DNA of 47,674 nucleotides. It comes from a virus. The notes beneath the pieces are model-generated. The model saw only the letters and a list, made by a program, of their open reading frames with translations. It made no database searches and was not told where the DNA came from. Both the position numbers and the translations under genes were made by a program. Position 1 is the stretch's first letter. Each line of letters opens with the position of its first letter. The DNA lies in the IMG/VR virus record IMGVR_UViG_3300037589_000077, positions 1 through 47,674 of that record; one strand, given 5' to 3'. Below, piece by piece: positions 18,027 through 25,780 of this stretch.

Positions 18027-18878
18027 ATGGCCAAGACCACCTTCGTCGACGGCGTGACCGTCGTGTCCGCCGACTTCCTCAACGCCACCCAGGAGCACGT
18101 CCACGACGGCGCCGACGCCGACGGCAGCGCGCCCAAGGTCAACCTGTTCGACCACGTGGACTGGGGTGACCACGCCGAGGTCGTGCTGACCGAGGACACC
18201 ACCGACGACTGGATCGCCGAGCTCCGGCCCACGAACCTCAACCCGCTCAAGGGCGAGCTCGTCTTGCCCACGGTGCGCGTGCGCGGCGAGCTCGTCTTCG
18301 GGCCCAACTCGGCCGCCGCGACCGACCAGAAGGTCACCACGCTCGACCGCGCCGGCGTGACGGGGCCGACGACGACGACCGACTGGCAGGCCATCAAGCC
18401 CACCGAGTCCAGGCGCGCGCTCGCCATGAGCACGTTCGCGCCCAGGCGCCAGAGCCCCAACGGCACCGAGTCCGCCGGCGGCACGCCTGACGTGGGGCAC
18501 GCCGCCGCGCTCTACCTCGACAACCTCACCAAGGTCTCGTGCGTGATCCAGACCTCGACCTCCGGGGGCACGGCGAGCCTGCCTGGCGGCGAGGTCCAGT
18601 ACAACGCTGCTGGCGTCTCCTGGCTCTCCTCGGGGGCCATCGAGCTCACGTTCGCCGACGCGCTGCCCGCCGCGCCCAGGCTCGCGGTGACGTGCGGCTC
18701 GGTGACCGCCGACAAGAACACCGACGCCTACATCTACACCGCCCAGGTCGGCACGACCGCGGTGGGCACCGCCCAGATCTGGCTCTTCGAGACGCGCCTG
18801 TCCGACGGAGTCACGACCCTGCTCAAGCCCTCGGCGTCCGGCGCGCTCGACGTGCGCTTGCACGTCACCGCCCACTGA
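18027..18878 (+). CDS. tail fibre / receptor-binding protein (candidate)
   Basis: ATG 6 nt after GAGGAGGG. N-terminus TFVDGVTVVSADFLNATQEHVHDGADADGSAPKV is typical of fibre N-termini. Ser/Thr/Gly-rich remainder. Confidence 0.6.
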   Translation: MAKTTFVDGVTVVSADFLNATQEHVHDGADADGSAPKVNLFDHVDWGDHAEVVLTEDTTDDWIAELRPTNLNPLKGELVLPTVRVRGELVFGPNSAAATDQKVTTLDRAGVTGPTTTTDWQAIKPTESRRALAMSTFAPRRQSPNGTESAGGTPDVGHAAALYLDNLTKVSCVIQTSTSGGTASLPGGEVQYNAAGVSWLSSGAIELTFADALPAAPRLAVTCGSVTADKNTDAYIYTAQVGTTAVGTAQIWLFETRLSDGVTTLLKPSASGALDVRLHVTAH

Positions 18879-18925
18879 GCTCCTCCTTGAAAAACCTTCC
18901 CCCCGACTCCACCTCGAGGTGACCT

Positions 18926-19345
18926 GTGGCGACGACCCTTTGGCAGAAGTTCGAGAGCGCGGTGCGCTGGGCGCGCGGCGTGACCCAGGCCGGCGTGGCC
19001 ACGATGCGCGTGGCGCCGGCGGCCCTCACCCCCCACCGGCTGCTCGACGAGGTGACCGCCACGGGCGCGGCTCCCACCGTCGTGGGCGACGGCGCCGACA
19101 TCGAGGGCCTGGCGACGGTGAACCTCGGGTACGTTCACTCGGTCGCTGCGCAGACGAGCGAGATCGTCATCTGGCTGTGGGACGGGGAGCACTGGCTCGA
19201 GCACTCGACCCAGACGCTCGACAAGACCGCTGGCGCGCTCGACGCGCTCGACACCGAGGGCTACCCGCGGATCGCGGTCCAGCTCACGACGGCGCCGGGA
19301 TCGGGCAACGTGACCGTCAAGGTCTTCCCGCACAACGAGGCCTGA
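18926..19345 (+). CDS. hypothetical tail-fibre-associated protein
   Basis: GTG 5 nt after GAGGTG. 139 aa. Positional inference only. Confidence 0.45.
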   Translation: MATTLWQKFESAVRWARGVTQAGVATMRVAPAALTPHRLLDEVTATGAAPTVVGDGADIEGLATVNLGYVHSVAAQTSEIVIWLWDGEHWLEHSTQTLDKTAGALDALDTEGYPRIAVQLTTAPGSGNVTVKVFPHNEA

Positions 19346-19347
19346 GC

Positions 19348-20184
19348 ATGGGGAGCCTGCGCGCACGCATGAGGCCTCGCTGGCGCGATCGGCTGCGGGA
19401 GCGGTTTCGCCGGTCGGTCGCGTCACCTGCGCCCGAGCCCAACCCGCTCATCTGGCCAGACGGGGCGGCCACGGTGCACTACGCCGGCGCCGACGCCATC
19501 GACGCCGGCGCCTGGCCCGAGGCCGACGGTGGCGCGAGCATGGCGCGCGTGGTCGACGCCGCGCCCCCGGATGACTCGGCCACCCACCCCCGGCGCGTGG
19601 TCTGGGGCGTCGAGTCCGACGGGGAGGTGGGCGTGGCCTACGACCGTGAGGGCAACGCCTGGCACGCGCCTGGCGTCGATCTCATGCGCAACGTCACGAG
19701 CGCGCACATCGCGCTCGTGGTCTCGGTCCAGCTCGAGGTCGCAGACGGCGAGCGCGGGCTGGCGTGGTGGTCGCGCGGCACGACCGCGGCCGGCTCGCGC
19801 GTCTACCTCTACGCGTCCTCGACCGAGGTGGGCATCGGCATGCGCAGGCTCGATGGGGACTCCTACACATCAGCCTCGTGGCCTGTGACCTGGGGCAATA
19901 CAGACCTCGTCGAGGTCGTGATCGACTGGTCGGCGCGCACCGCCGAGGTGCTCGTGGGCGGCGTGAGCGTGGGCACGCTCACAGGCATCGGGTCCTCGGG
20001 CGGCGCGACCTCGGACACCGCGAGCCAGACGAGCGCGATCGGCTCGACCAACGACAACGCCGGCGACCTCACGGGCATCGTCCACGCCGTCTGGGTGTGG
20101 AGCGGCGCGGACGTGCTCGACGCTCCGGGGCGGGCCGCGTGGCGCGCGCTGGTCTCACCGGTGCTCGCGCGCGTGAGCGTGTAG
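19348..20184 (+). CDS. LamG / concanavalin-A-like lectin-fold protein (paralogue 1)
   Basis: ATG at 19348. Pattern SAHIALVVSVQL...LAWW...RVYLYASSTEVGIGMRRLDG...VEVVIDWSARTAEVLVGGVSVG...GDLTGIVHAVWVWSGA matches jelly-roll lectin-like domains. Confidence 0.5.
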   Translation: MGSLRARMRPRWRDRLRERFRRSVASPAPEPNPLIWPDGAATVHYAGADAIDAGAWPEADGGASMARVVDAAPPDDSATHPRRVVWGVESDGEVGVAYDREGNAWHAPGVDLMRNVTSAHIALVVSVQLEVADGERGLAWWSRGTTAAGSRVYLYASSTEVGIGMRRLDGDSYTSASWPVTWGNTDLVEVVIDWSARTAEVLVGGVSVGTLTGIGSSGGATSDTASQTSAIGSTNDNAGDLTGIVHAVWVWSGADVLDAPGRAAWRALVSPVLARVSV

Positions 20185-20226
20185 CGGCCGCCACCACCCA
20201 TCACCTCCCACACGGAGTACATCGAC

Positions 20227-20553
20227 ATGACCATGATCCAAGGCCAGCCGCTCTACAACGACACCGTCACCATCGCCTCGGGGACGGGCACGATCCCGAC
20301 GCCCTCGCCTGCGCGCTCGCTGAGCCCGAACACGGGCGTGGCGATCATCATCACGAGCGCGGGCGCGGCCGGCGAGCTCGTGTACGACCCGGCCGACACG
20401 GTCGGGCACACCTACGAGGCGGTGGCTGACGACGTCGAGGACTTCGTGGTGGGGGCCTGGCGGTGGGGCGAGGACGGCGCCGACCTCCCGCTCACGCTCA
20501 AGAGCGGCACCGACGGGGCCGTCGGCGTGATGATCGTGGAGGTCATCCGGTGA
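20227..20553 (+). CDS. hypothetical protein
   Basis: 108-aa ORF with backbone codon usage, located between the two LamG-like genes. Confidence 0.45.
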   Translation: MTMIQGQPLYNDTVTIASGTGTIPTPSPARSLSPNTGVAIIITSAGAAGELVYDPADTVGHTYEAVADDVEDFVVGAWRWGEDGADLPLTLKSGTDGAVGVMIVEVIR

Positions 20554-21425
20554 CTTCCACGGCTGAGCTTTTGATGGGGCGCGGTGCGTTCGGGCGGGGG
20601 CTGCGCCTTGGGCGCCAGCGTCGTGGCGGCCCGAGTGCGCCCGGCTTCGACGCTGGCTCATATGGTCCACTCGTCTCCTGGACCACGTCCCGTGGCCTGG
20701 GCAACACGCTCCCTGTGGGCGACCCGATCCCCACCGTGACGGGCCAGGGCCCGGGTGCAGTCGTGCTCAGGTCCGGTCAGGGCTCCACGGTGCGTCGACC
20801 CACCTACAGGTCGGGGCCCGAGCGCATCGAGTTCGACGGCGTGGACGATTTCATGGACCCGGACCCCTCGGGGGATGTGACGCTTTGGGACTTCCTGCAT
20901 CGCCTCGACGATGAGGGCGGCGGTGGCCAGGGGACGGTCTACGCGTTGCTCCGGCTCGCCAACGCTGCGAGCGGTACGAGACACCCGATCTTTTGCACAC
21001 GCACCCTCGGGGTCAACGCCAACTCACGCGGCGTGGCCTTCTATATCGACGACACGAGCGGGGCCAACCGGCTGCGCCTCGACCTCGTGGACGGACTCAA
21101 GCGCGAGACCTACTCGCCCGAAACGGTCGCCTACGACCTGGGCGCCACGACCGCGTGGGTGGGGGTCGCCGCCACGTGGTCGGGCGTCAGCGGCGAGGAG
21201 GGCATGCGCCTGTACGCCAACGGCGCGCAGCTCGGCGCGGACATCGCCGTGGCCACGACGAGCGTGGGCAACAACGCGACGGCGCCGCGCTGGGGCCTGC
21301 CCACGTCGGGGAGCGACTACTTCGCTGGCGACGTCATCGACTGGGCGATCTACTCCGAGGCGCTCGCGCCCGCGACGATCGCCTCACTGGACACGGCCGC
21401 GCAGGTCATCCTGGGAGGGTCGTGA
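20550..21425 (+). CDS. LamG / concanavalin-A-like lectin-fold protein (paralogue 2)
   Basis: GTGA overlap with the upstream stop. IEFDGVDDFMD...GTVYALLRLANAAS...AFYIDD...WVGVAATWSG...MRLYANGAQLG...YFAGDVIDWAIYSEAL is a Laminin_G_3-like pattern. Confidence 0.55.
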   Translation: MTSTAELLMGRGAFGRGLRLGRQRRGGPSAPGFDAGSYGPLVSWTTSRGLGNTLPVGDPIPTVTGQGPGAVVLRSGQGSTVRRPTYRSGPERIEFDGVDDFMDPDPSGDVTLWDFLHRLDDEGGGGQGTVYALLRLANAASGTRHPIFCTRTLGVNANSRGVAFYIDDTSGANRLRLDLVDGLKRETYSPETVAYDLGATTAWVGVAATWSGVSGEEGMRLYANGAQLGADIAVATTSVGNNATAPRWGLPTSGSDYFAGDVIDWAIYSEALAPATIASLDTAAQVILGGS

Positions 21426-21829
21426 TGCCGACCGAGTACACACACCGCGTCGCGCTGGTGATCGACGAGGGCGCAGCCTACGCGGCCGCGCGCGTGGCCA
21501 TGAGCCAGATCACGGGCGAGCCGGCCGACGCAGATGCAGACTGGCGCCCGGCCACAGACGGCACCGCCGACGCGGTCACCGGCGAGTGGGTCGTCACGCA
21601 CCGGGTGTGCAACACGCTCGCGCGCGCCTCCACGGTCGCCGCGCTCCCCACGCTCGAGGCCCAGCTCGGTGGGTCCTGGCACGTGCTCGAGCAGGACCGG
21701 GACACGACCCCGGAGCACCCGCGCACCTTCGGCGAGGCGCTCGCCGAGGCGGGCGTGTGGCTGCTCGAGCGCGACGAGGACCCGGAGACCGGCGCGCCGG
21801 CGAGCGCGTGGAGGAGGGTCGAGCGATGA
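21425..21829 (+). CDS. hypothetical protein
   Basis: ATG overlaps the upstream TGA. 134 aa. Confidence 0.45.
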   Translation: MPTEYTHRVALVIDEGAAYAAARVAMSQITGEPADADADWRPATDGTADAVTGEWVVTHRVCNTLARASTVAALPTLEAQLGGSWHVLEQDRDTTPEHPRTFGEALAEAGVWLLERDEDPETGAPASAWRRVER

Positions 21830-22227
21830 CGCGTCTGACCGACGAGACACCCGAGGGCGCCGAGGCGCGCGGGCGCGTGAGCCGGTGGCTGTTCCTGGGC
21901 GGGGTATTCCTGGCCGCCGCCTGGAACATCATCCCGGCCGCGCTGGGTCCTACGTGGGATACCATCAGCGAGCAGCTCGAGCTGCTCATGGCCCGCTGGT
22001 GGTGCATGCCGATCGCGCTCGGGGTGGTCGTGGGCCACTGGACGGGCTGGCGTCCCGAGTGGGCGCCGGCGTGGGGTCCGTGGGCGCTGCTCGTCCTGGG
22101 GCTCGTGCTCGTGGGTGTGTGCTGGGCGGACGCGGTGAGGGTCGAGGACTACCGGGCGCGGTTCGCGTTGGCGCACCTCGGGCTGTGGATGGGCGCGATT
22201 CTTTGGAGCATGGGAGGTTCGACATGA
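21826..22227 (+). CDS. multi-pass membrane protein, holin candidate
   Basis: ATGA overlap. 133 aa with 3-4 hydrophobic segments (WLFLGGVFLAAAWNIIPAAL, CMPIALGVVVGHW, WALLVLGLVLVGVCW, LGLWMGAILWSM). Directly upstream of the endolysin. Confidence 0.5.
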   Translation: MTRLTDETPEGAEARGRVSRWLFLGGVFLAAAWNIIPAALGPTWDTISEQLELLMARWWCMPIALGVVVGHWTGWRPEWAPAWGPWALLVLGLVLVGVCWADAVRVEDYRARFALAHLGLWMGAILWSMGGST

Positions 22228-22901
22228 ACGAGAGAGTGAGTAGGTGGGCCGACGAGATCGAGGACGTGCGCGAGCGGCTGGGGCTGGGGGAGGACCTCTA
22301 CCCCATCGCCGTCGGGCTCGTGCTCATCGACGTCGAGTCTGACGGAGACCCGAAGGCGCACCGCCGCGGGTCGCAGTACTACGGGATGCTCCAGATGGGG
22401 CGCCTGGCGGGCATCGACGTCGGGTTCGCCGATCGTGGGCGCAAGACCACCGCGTCGCTCTCGGGCGACCCGGTGCGCGCCATCGAGATGTGGCTGCGCT
22501 ACTGCGTCAGGTACACCGACCGCCTGCACTACGAGGACGACCGCGCGCCGCTGTGGGCGCGCTTCGCCGTGCTGTGGAAGGGGGGCGCGGGCACGGCACG
22601 GCGCGTGCGCGACTACCTCGCCGAGCACCCGGCCGCCACGCTCGGCGACGCGCTCGAGTGGATTGAGTTCAACCCGAACCCCCGCTGGCGCGTCCCGAAC
22701 CTGCGCGAGTACGTGCGCCGGTCGGGGCGGGCCTGGGAGGTGTGGTCGCCGTGGGTGCGCGACCACTACCAGCCTGCGGTCGTGCGCGCGCCGCTGATCG
22801 CCGACGAGGTGGAGGCGCCGCCGGCGGACCTCGCCGAGCTCGGGGGAGCGCTCGTCTCGCTGGCGCGCGGCATCCTCGGGCTGTGGGGAGGTCGGGCATG
22901 A
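22224..22901 (+). CDS. endolysin, lytic transglycosylase (SLT-like)
   Basis: IDVESDGDPKAHRRGSQYYGMLQMG contains the catalytic E-S and GxxQ motifs of SLT domains. ATGA overlap with the upstream gene. Confidence 0.75.
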   Translation: MNERVSRWADEIEDVRERLGLGEDLYPIAVGLVLIDVESDGDPKAHRRGSQYYGMLQMGRLAGIDVGFADRGRKTTASLSGDPVRAIEMWLRYCVRYTDRLHYEDDRAPLWARFAVLWKGGAGTARRVRDYLAEHPAATLGDALEWIEFNPNPRWRVPNLREYVRRSGRAWEVWSPWVRDHYQPAVVRAPLIADEVEAPPADLAELGGALVSLARGILGLWGGRA

Positions 22902-23146
22902 GGGCGTTCCTGGACAGGATGGGCGGGCGCAAGTGGACGCTGGTGCTGGGCACCTGGTGCGTGGGCACGGCGTTCACGCTCGGGGGCGTCGTCTCCGGGG
23001 GGCAGTGGGTCGACCTCACGCTCGGGCTCGTGTTCGCCTACTCGGTGGGCAACGCAGCCACCCACGCAGCGCACCGACGCAAGGGGAGCGACCAGGTCGA
23101 CTTCGATGCGCTCGGCCTGGGTGAGGGTCAGGAGGCGAGCCGGTGA
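22898..23146 (+). CDS. small two-TM membrane protein (holin/antiholin-like)
   Basis: 82 aa. WTLVLGTWCVGTAFTLGGVV and LTLGLVFAYSVGNAA segments. ATGA overlap. Confidence 0.5.
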   Translation: MRAFLDRMGGRKWTLVLGTWCVGTAFTLGGVVSGGQWVDLTLGLVFAYSVGNAATHAAHRRKGSDQVDFDALGLGEGQEASR

Positions 23147-23604
23147 GCGACGTCTCCCAGATGACCACCGCGCAGCTCGTGGAGTTGACGCACGCGGGCC
23201 CCAGGCGACGCCTGGTCTTCCACGGTCTGTGGGTCGGCGGTGTCCTGCTCATGGCGGTGTTTCAGCTCTCATGGGGCCTGGGGCTCGCGCTGTGGGTCGA
23301 CCCTGCCTCGACGGCGAGCTTCGACTTGCTTGAGCACATGGGCCCGTTCGGGCTCCAGGGCGGCGTGGTCACGCTGCTCGTGGTGCCCGTGGTCGCGGGC
23401 GCGTGGCGCGGCGGGCTCGCTGGCGTGGGTGCGTGTGTGCTCCAGGTCCTCGTGTGGAGCTACGTGCTCATCGCGATGATGGGCGCGAACCCCAGGACGA
23501 CCGCTCCCCCCATCTACGGCACCATCTTGCTCACGTGCGCCGGGCTGCTCGCCTACGCCGTCTACGAGGTGATCGCCGCGGCCATCGCACACAGGGGGTC
23601 GTAA
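23143..23604 (+). CDS. four-TM membrane protein
   Basis: GTG 7 nt after GGAGG. 153 aa with four hydrophobic stretches. Confidence 0.5.
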   Translation: MSDVSQMTTAQLVELTHAGPRRRLVFHGLWVGGVLLMAVFQLSWGLGLALWVDPASTASFDLLEHMGPFGLQGGVVTLLVVPVVAGAWRGGLAGVGACVLQVLVWSYVLIAMMGANPRTTAPPIYGTILLTCAGLLAYAVYEVIAAAIAHRGS

Positions 23605-24104
23605 TGGCTGCCGACATGGGGACCGTCATCGCGCTGGCCGTTGGGCTCGTTGGCTCAGCAGGCATCGGCGGGATCATCGGCGCGATCCTCAAGGCGCGCT
23701 CGGATGGCTCGCGCCTCGAGCTCGACGCGCAGGCCGAGCTGCGCAAGCGGATCGTGGGCCTCGAGGAGGTCAACCGCGAGATCCAGGAGAAGCTCAACGC
23801 CGTGAGCGTCGAGCTGGGTGAGCTGCGCGGGGACCTGCGCGCGCGCGATGGCGAGGTCCAGCTCCTGCGTGATCGGCTCGCCGAGCGCACCGACGAGCGC
23901 GACGAGGCCCGCGCCGAGCGGGACAGCTACAAAGAGCAGCGAGACGAGGCGATGCGTGCGCTGCACGCACGCGCGCCCGACACTGCCGAGGTCCTGCTCG
24001 CCGACGCCGACGAGGCACGCAGCCTGCCAGACTCGGCGCCTGAAGGGTGGGAGCCTCGCGGGCTGGGAGAGGTCACCAGCGAAGCACGGGGTGAGGACGC
24101 GTGA
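23604..24104 (+). CDS. N-terminal TM + coiled-coil protein (i-spanin-like)
   Basis: GTVIALAVGLVGSAGIGGIIGAIL followed by a long charged heptad-like region (ELRKRIVGLEEVNREIQEKLNAVSVELGELRGDLRARDGEVQLLRDRL). Confidence 0.5.
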   Translation: MAADMGTVIALAVGLVGSAGIGGIIGAILKARSDGSRLELDAQAELRKRIVGLEEVNREIQEKLNAVSVELGELRGDLRARDGEVQLLRDRLAERTDERDEARAERDSYKEQRDEAMRALHARAPDTAEVLLADADEARSLPDSAPEGWEPRGLGEVTSEARGEDA

Positions 24105-24394
24105 GACACGACGTCGACATCCCCGAGGCCGACGACGCCCCGACCTACGACCCGCGCACCCCGCTCTCACGGCGGCTGGTCACGCTCGCCCGGCAGATCG
24201 ACTGCGGCGCCGCGCCCGCCTACCTCATCGTGATCGAGGACGTCGCCGGCGAGACCGTCGACGTCCACCCCGCCAGCGAGCTCGAGCGCGTCGAGACGCT
24301 GTTGCTGGCCGCGACCGCCGACCTCCAGGCGCGCGGCCTAGTCCACCTGGGCGACGGCCTGAGCGCCCCCAGCGAGGTCACCGATGAGCCCTGA
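24101..24394 (+). CDS. hypothetical protein
   Basis: GTGA overlap. 97 aa. Confidence 0.4.
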   Translation: MRHDVDIPEADDAPTYDPRTPLSRRLVTLARQIDCGAAPAYLIVIEDVAGETVDVHPASELERVETLLLAATADLQARGLVHLGDGLSAPSEVTDEP

Positions 24395-24770
24395 CCACCT
24401 CACCCTGCTCGCCGTCCTGGGCGCGGCCGTGTGCGTCGGCGTCGCCATCGCCTCGGCGCGCCTGACCTGGCGCCAGCGCGCCGGCCTCATCGCCGGCGCT
24501 GCGACGCTGCTGGGTGGGCTGTGGGCGCTGCTGCGCGGGGAGCGACGCGACGCCCCCGAACTCCCGCCCCCTCCCCCGCCTGCGCCGCCCCTCGGGTCGG
24601 AGTCGGGGGACGACGGCGCTGACGGTCATGTCAAGCGCCCCAACCCCTCCTACCTCGAGGTCCATCGTGAAGACGACGACCCCGCGCCGCGCCCTGATCG
24701 CGACGCTGTTGATGCTCACCTGCTCGACATCCACCGCCGCCGCACAGGAGGGGGATCCTCCGACCCGTGA
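24384..24770 (+). CDS. hypothetical membrane protein (two hydrophobic segments, Pro-rich tail)
   Basis: ATG at 24384 overlaps the upstream gene end. The 3' part overlaps the next ORF in another frame, so its extent is uncertain. Confidence 0.35.
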   Translation: MSPDHLTLLAVLGAAVCVGVAIASARLTWRQRAGLIAGAATLLGGLWALLRGERRDAPELPPPPPPAPPLGSESGDDGADGHVKRPNPSYLEVHREDDDPAPRPDRDAVDAHLLDIHRRRTGGGSSDP

Positions 24771-25188
24771 GCGGCGCAACGCGTGCGGCACCAGGCTGAT
24801 CGAGGACCTGCCCTGCGAGGTGTGTGTCTCCGAGGAGGTCAACGTCGAGTGCGCGCGACGCGCTGGCGTCGACGCCGCACGCGCGAAGGCCGACCAGGAG
24901 CGCGCCGCGGCCATCGGCGCGCGCGACACCGCGCGCGAAGGCGAGGAGAAGGCCAAGGCCGAGGCGCGCCGGCTGCGTGACGAGCTCGAGCGCGAGCGGA
25001 TCGCGCTCGCGCTACGCCCCCCGCCGGCGCGCGTCGCTGGCGCCACGCTCATGGGGTCAGGCGGCGCGGGCATCGCCGTCGCCCTCGTGCGCCTGGGGAT
25101 GACCGGCGAGCTCGACGTCGGGCTCGTCGTCGTCTCCGGGGTGCAGCTCGTCGGGGGCGGGCTGGTGTGGTGGTGGGGCGGGGAGTAG
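24667..25188 (+). CDS. secreted or lipoprotein-like protein with a C-terminal TM anchor (unimolecular-spanin-like topology)
   Basis: GTG 6 nt after GAGG. N-terminus VKTTTPRRALIATLLMLTCSTSTAAAQ (signal peptide with Cys). Charged helical middle. C-terminus GAGIAVALVRLG...LVVVSGVQLVGGGLVWWWGG. Confidence 0.4.
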   Translation: MKTTTPRRALIATLLMLTCSTSTAAAQEGDPPTRERRNACGTRLIEDLPCEVCVSEEVNVECARRAGVDAARAKADQERAAAIGARDTAREGEEKAKAEARRLRDELERERIALALRPPPARVAGATLMGSGGAGIAVALVRLGMTGELDVGLVVVSGVQLVGGGLVWWWGGE

Positions 25189-25392
25189 CTCGAGTTGAGG
25201 AGGCGAGTTGCGTGCGGCGAGCCACCTGTCGATGACGGCCTCGCACAGCTCGAGCGCGCGCGCGACTTCGGCGCGCGAGCGCGCGTCCTCACCTGCGCAC
25301 ATCAGGGCGACCTCCATGATCCCGGGGTGCTGAGCAGGGTGTGCGCGGCGGCGCGGCGTTGCGGGCGAGCTCGTCTTCGTGTTGGGCGTCAT
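25057..25392 (-). CDS. small HTH-like protein (very uncertain extent)
   Basis: ATG at 25392 after GAGG. Internal SRAEVARALELCEAVIDRWL looks like a helix-turn-helix. Its 3' end would overlap the convergent plus-strand gene by about 130 nt. Confidence 0.25.
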   Translation of the reverse strand: MTPNTKTSSPATPRRRAHPAQHPGIMEVALMCAGEDARSRAEVARALELCEAVIDRWLAARNSPPQLELLPAPPPHQPAPDELHPGDDDEPDVELAGHPQAHEGDGDARAA

Positions 25393-25720
25393 GGGGTACC
25401 TCGACGTCTTCGGTGGTGTCGACCCGGCACGGCGTGCGCCGGGTCCGTGCGGAGGTTCTCGGCGCCTGGGTGCGTAGCGTTGCGTCTGTCACGCCAGGTC
25501 GCCAACCCGAACGCTGGCGCGGCACCAGGCACCACACCTCGAGCTCGGAGTCGGGCGCTTGGACGACGCGCACCTGGGCGCCGTCCCACTCGCCGGTGGC
25601 GACGTGACGGCCGCGATCGTCGGGCTCGGGGTCGCTCGTGAGGTAGAGGGGGCGACGGCACCAGGGGATCATGTCGCCGGCGCGCATGAGCTCGAGGGCG
25701 TCGAGGCGGATGCAGTGCAT
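25289..25720 (-). CDS. hypothetical protein
   Basis: ATG at 25720, 7 nt after GGAGGA. The first ~70 aa look protein-like; the C-terminal third is Arg/Pro-rich and may be shadow ORF. Confidence 0.35.
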   Translation of the reverse strand: MHCIRLDALELMRAGDMIPWCRRPLYLTSDPEPDDRGRHVATGEWDGAQVRVVQAPDSELEVWCLVPRQRSGWRPGVTDATLRTQAPRTSARTRRTPCRVDTTEDVEVPHDAQHEDELARNAAPPRTPCSAPRDHGGRPDVRR

Positions 25721-25780
25721 GGGTGGGTCCTCCGAGTCGGGTTCTCGGAGGGGGAGAGGTCGCGGGGGCGGGAGGTTGGC

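Noticed and set aside
23818-24387. Possible embedded o-spanin in the +1 frame of the TM/coiled-coil gene (ORF 23818..24387).
   Set aside because: The N-terminus (MSCAGTCARAMARSSSCVIG) has no hydrophobic signal peptide or lipobox, and the remainder is Arg/Pro shadow sequence.
25255-25300. Alternating CG-rich hairpin (gcgcgcgcgacttcggcgcgcgagcgcgcg) near the strand-convergence point as a bidirectional terminator.
   Set aside because: The stem is imperfect with a 3-nt loop and no flanking T/A tracts. It lies inside the HTH-like coding stretch. (CG)n runs are common in this composition.
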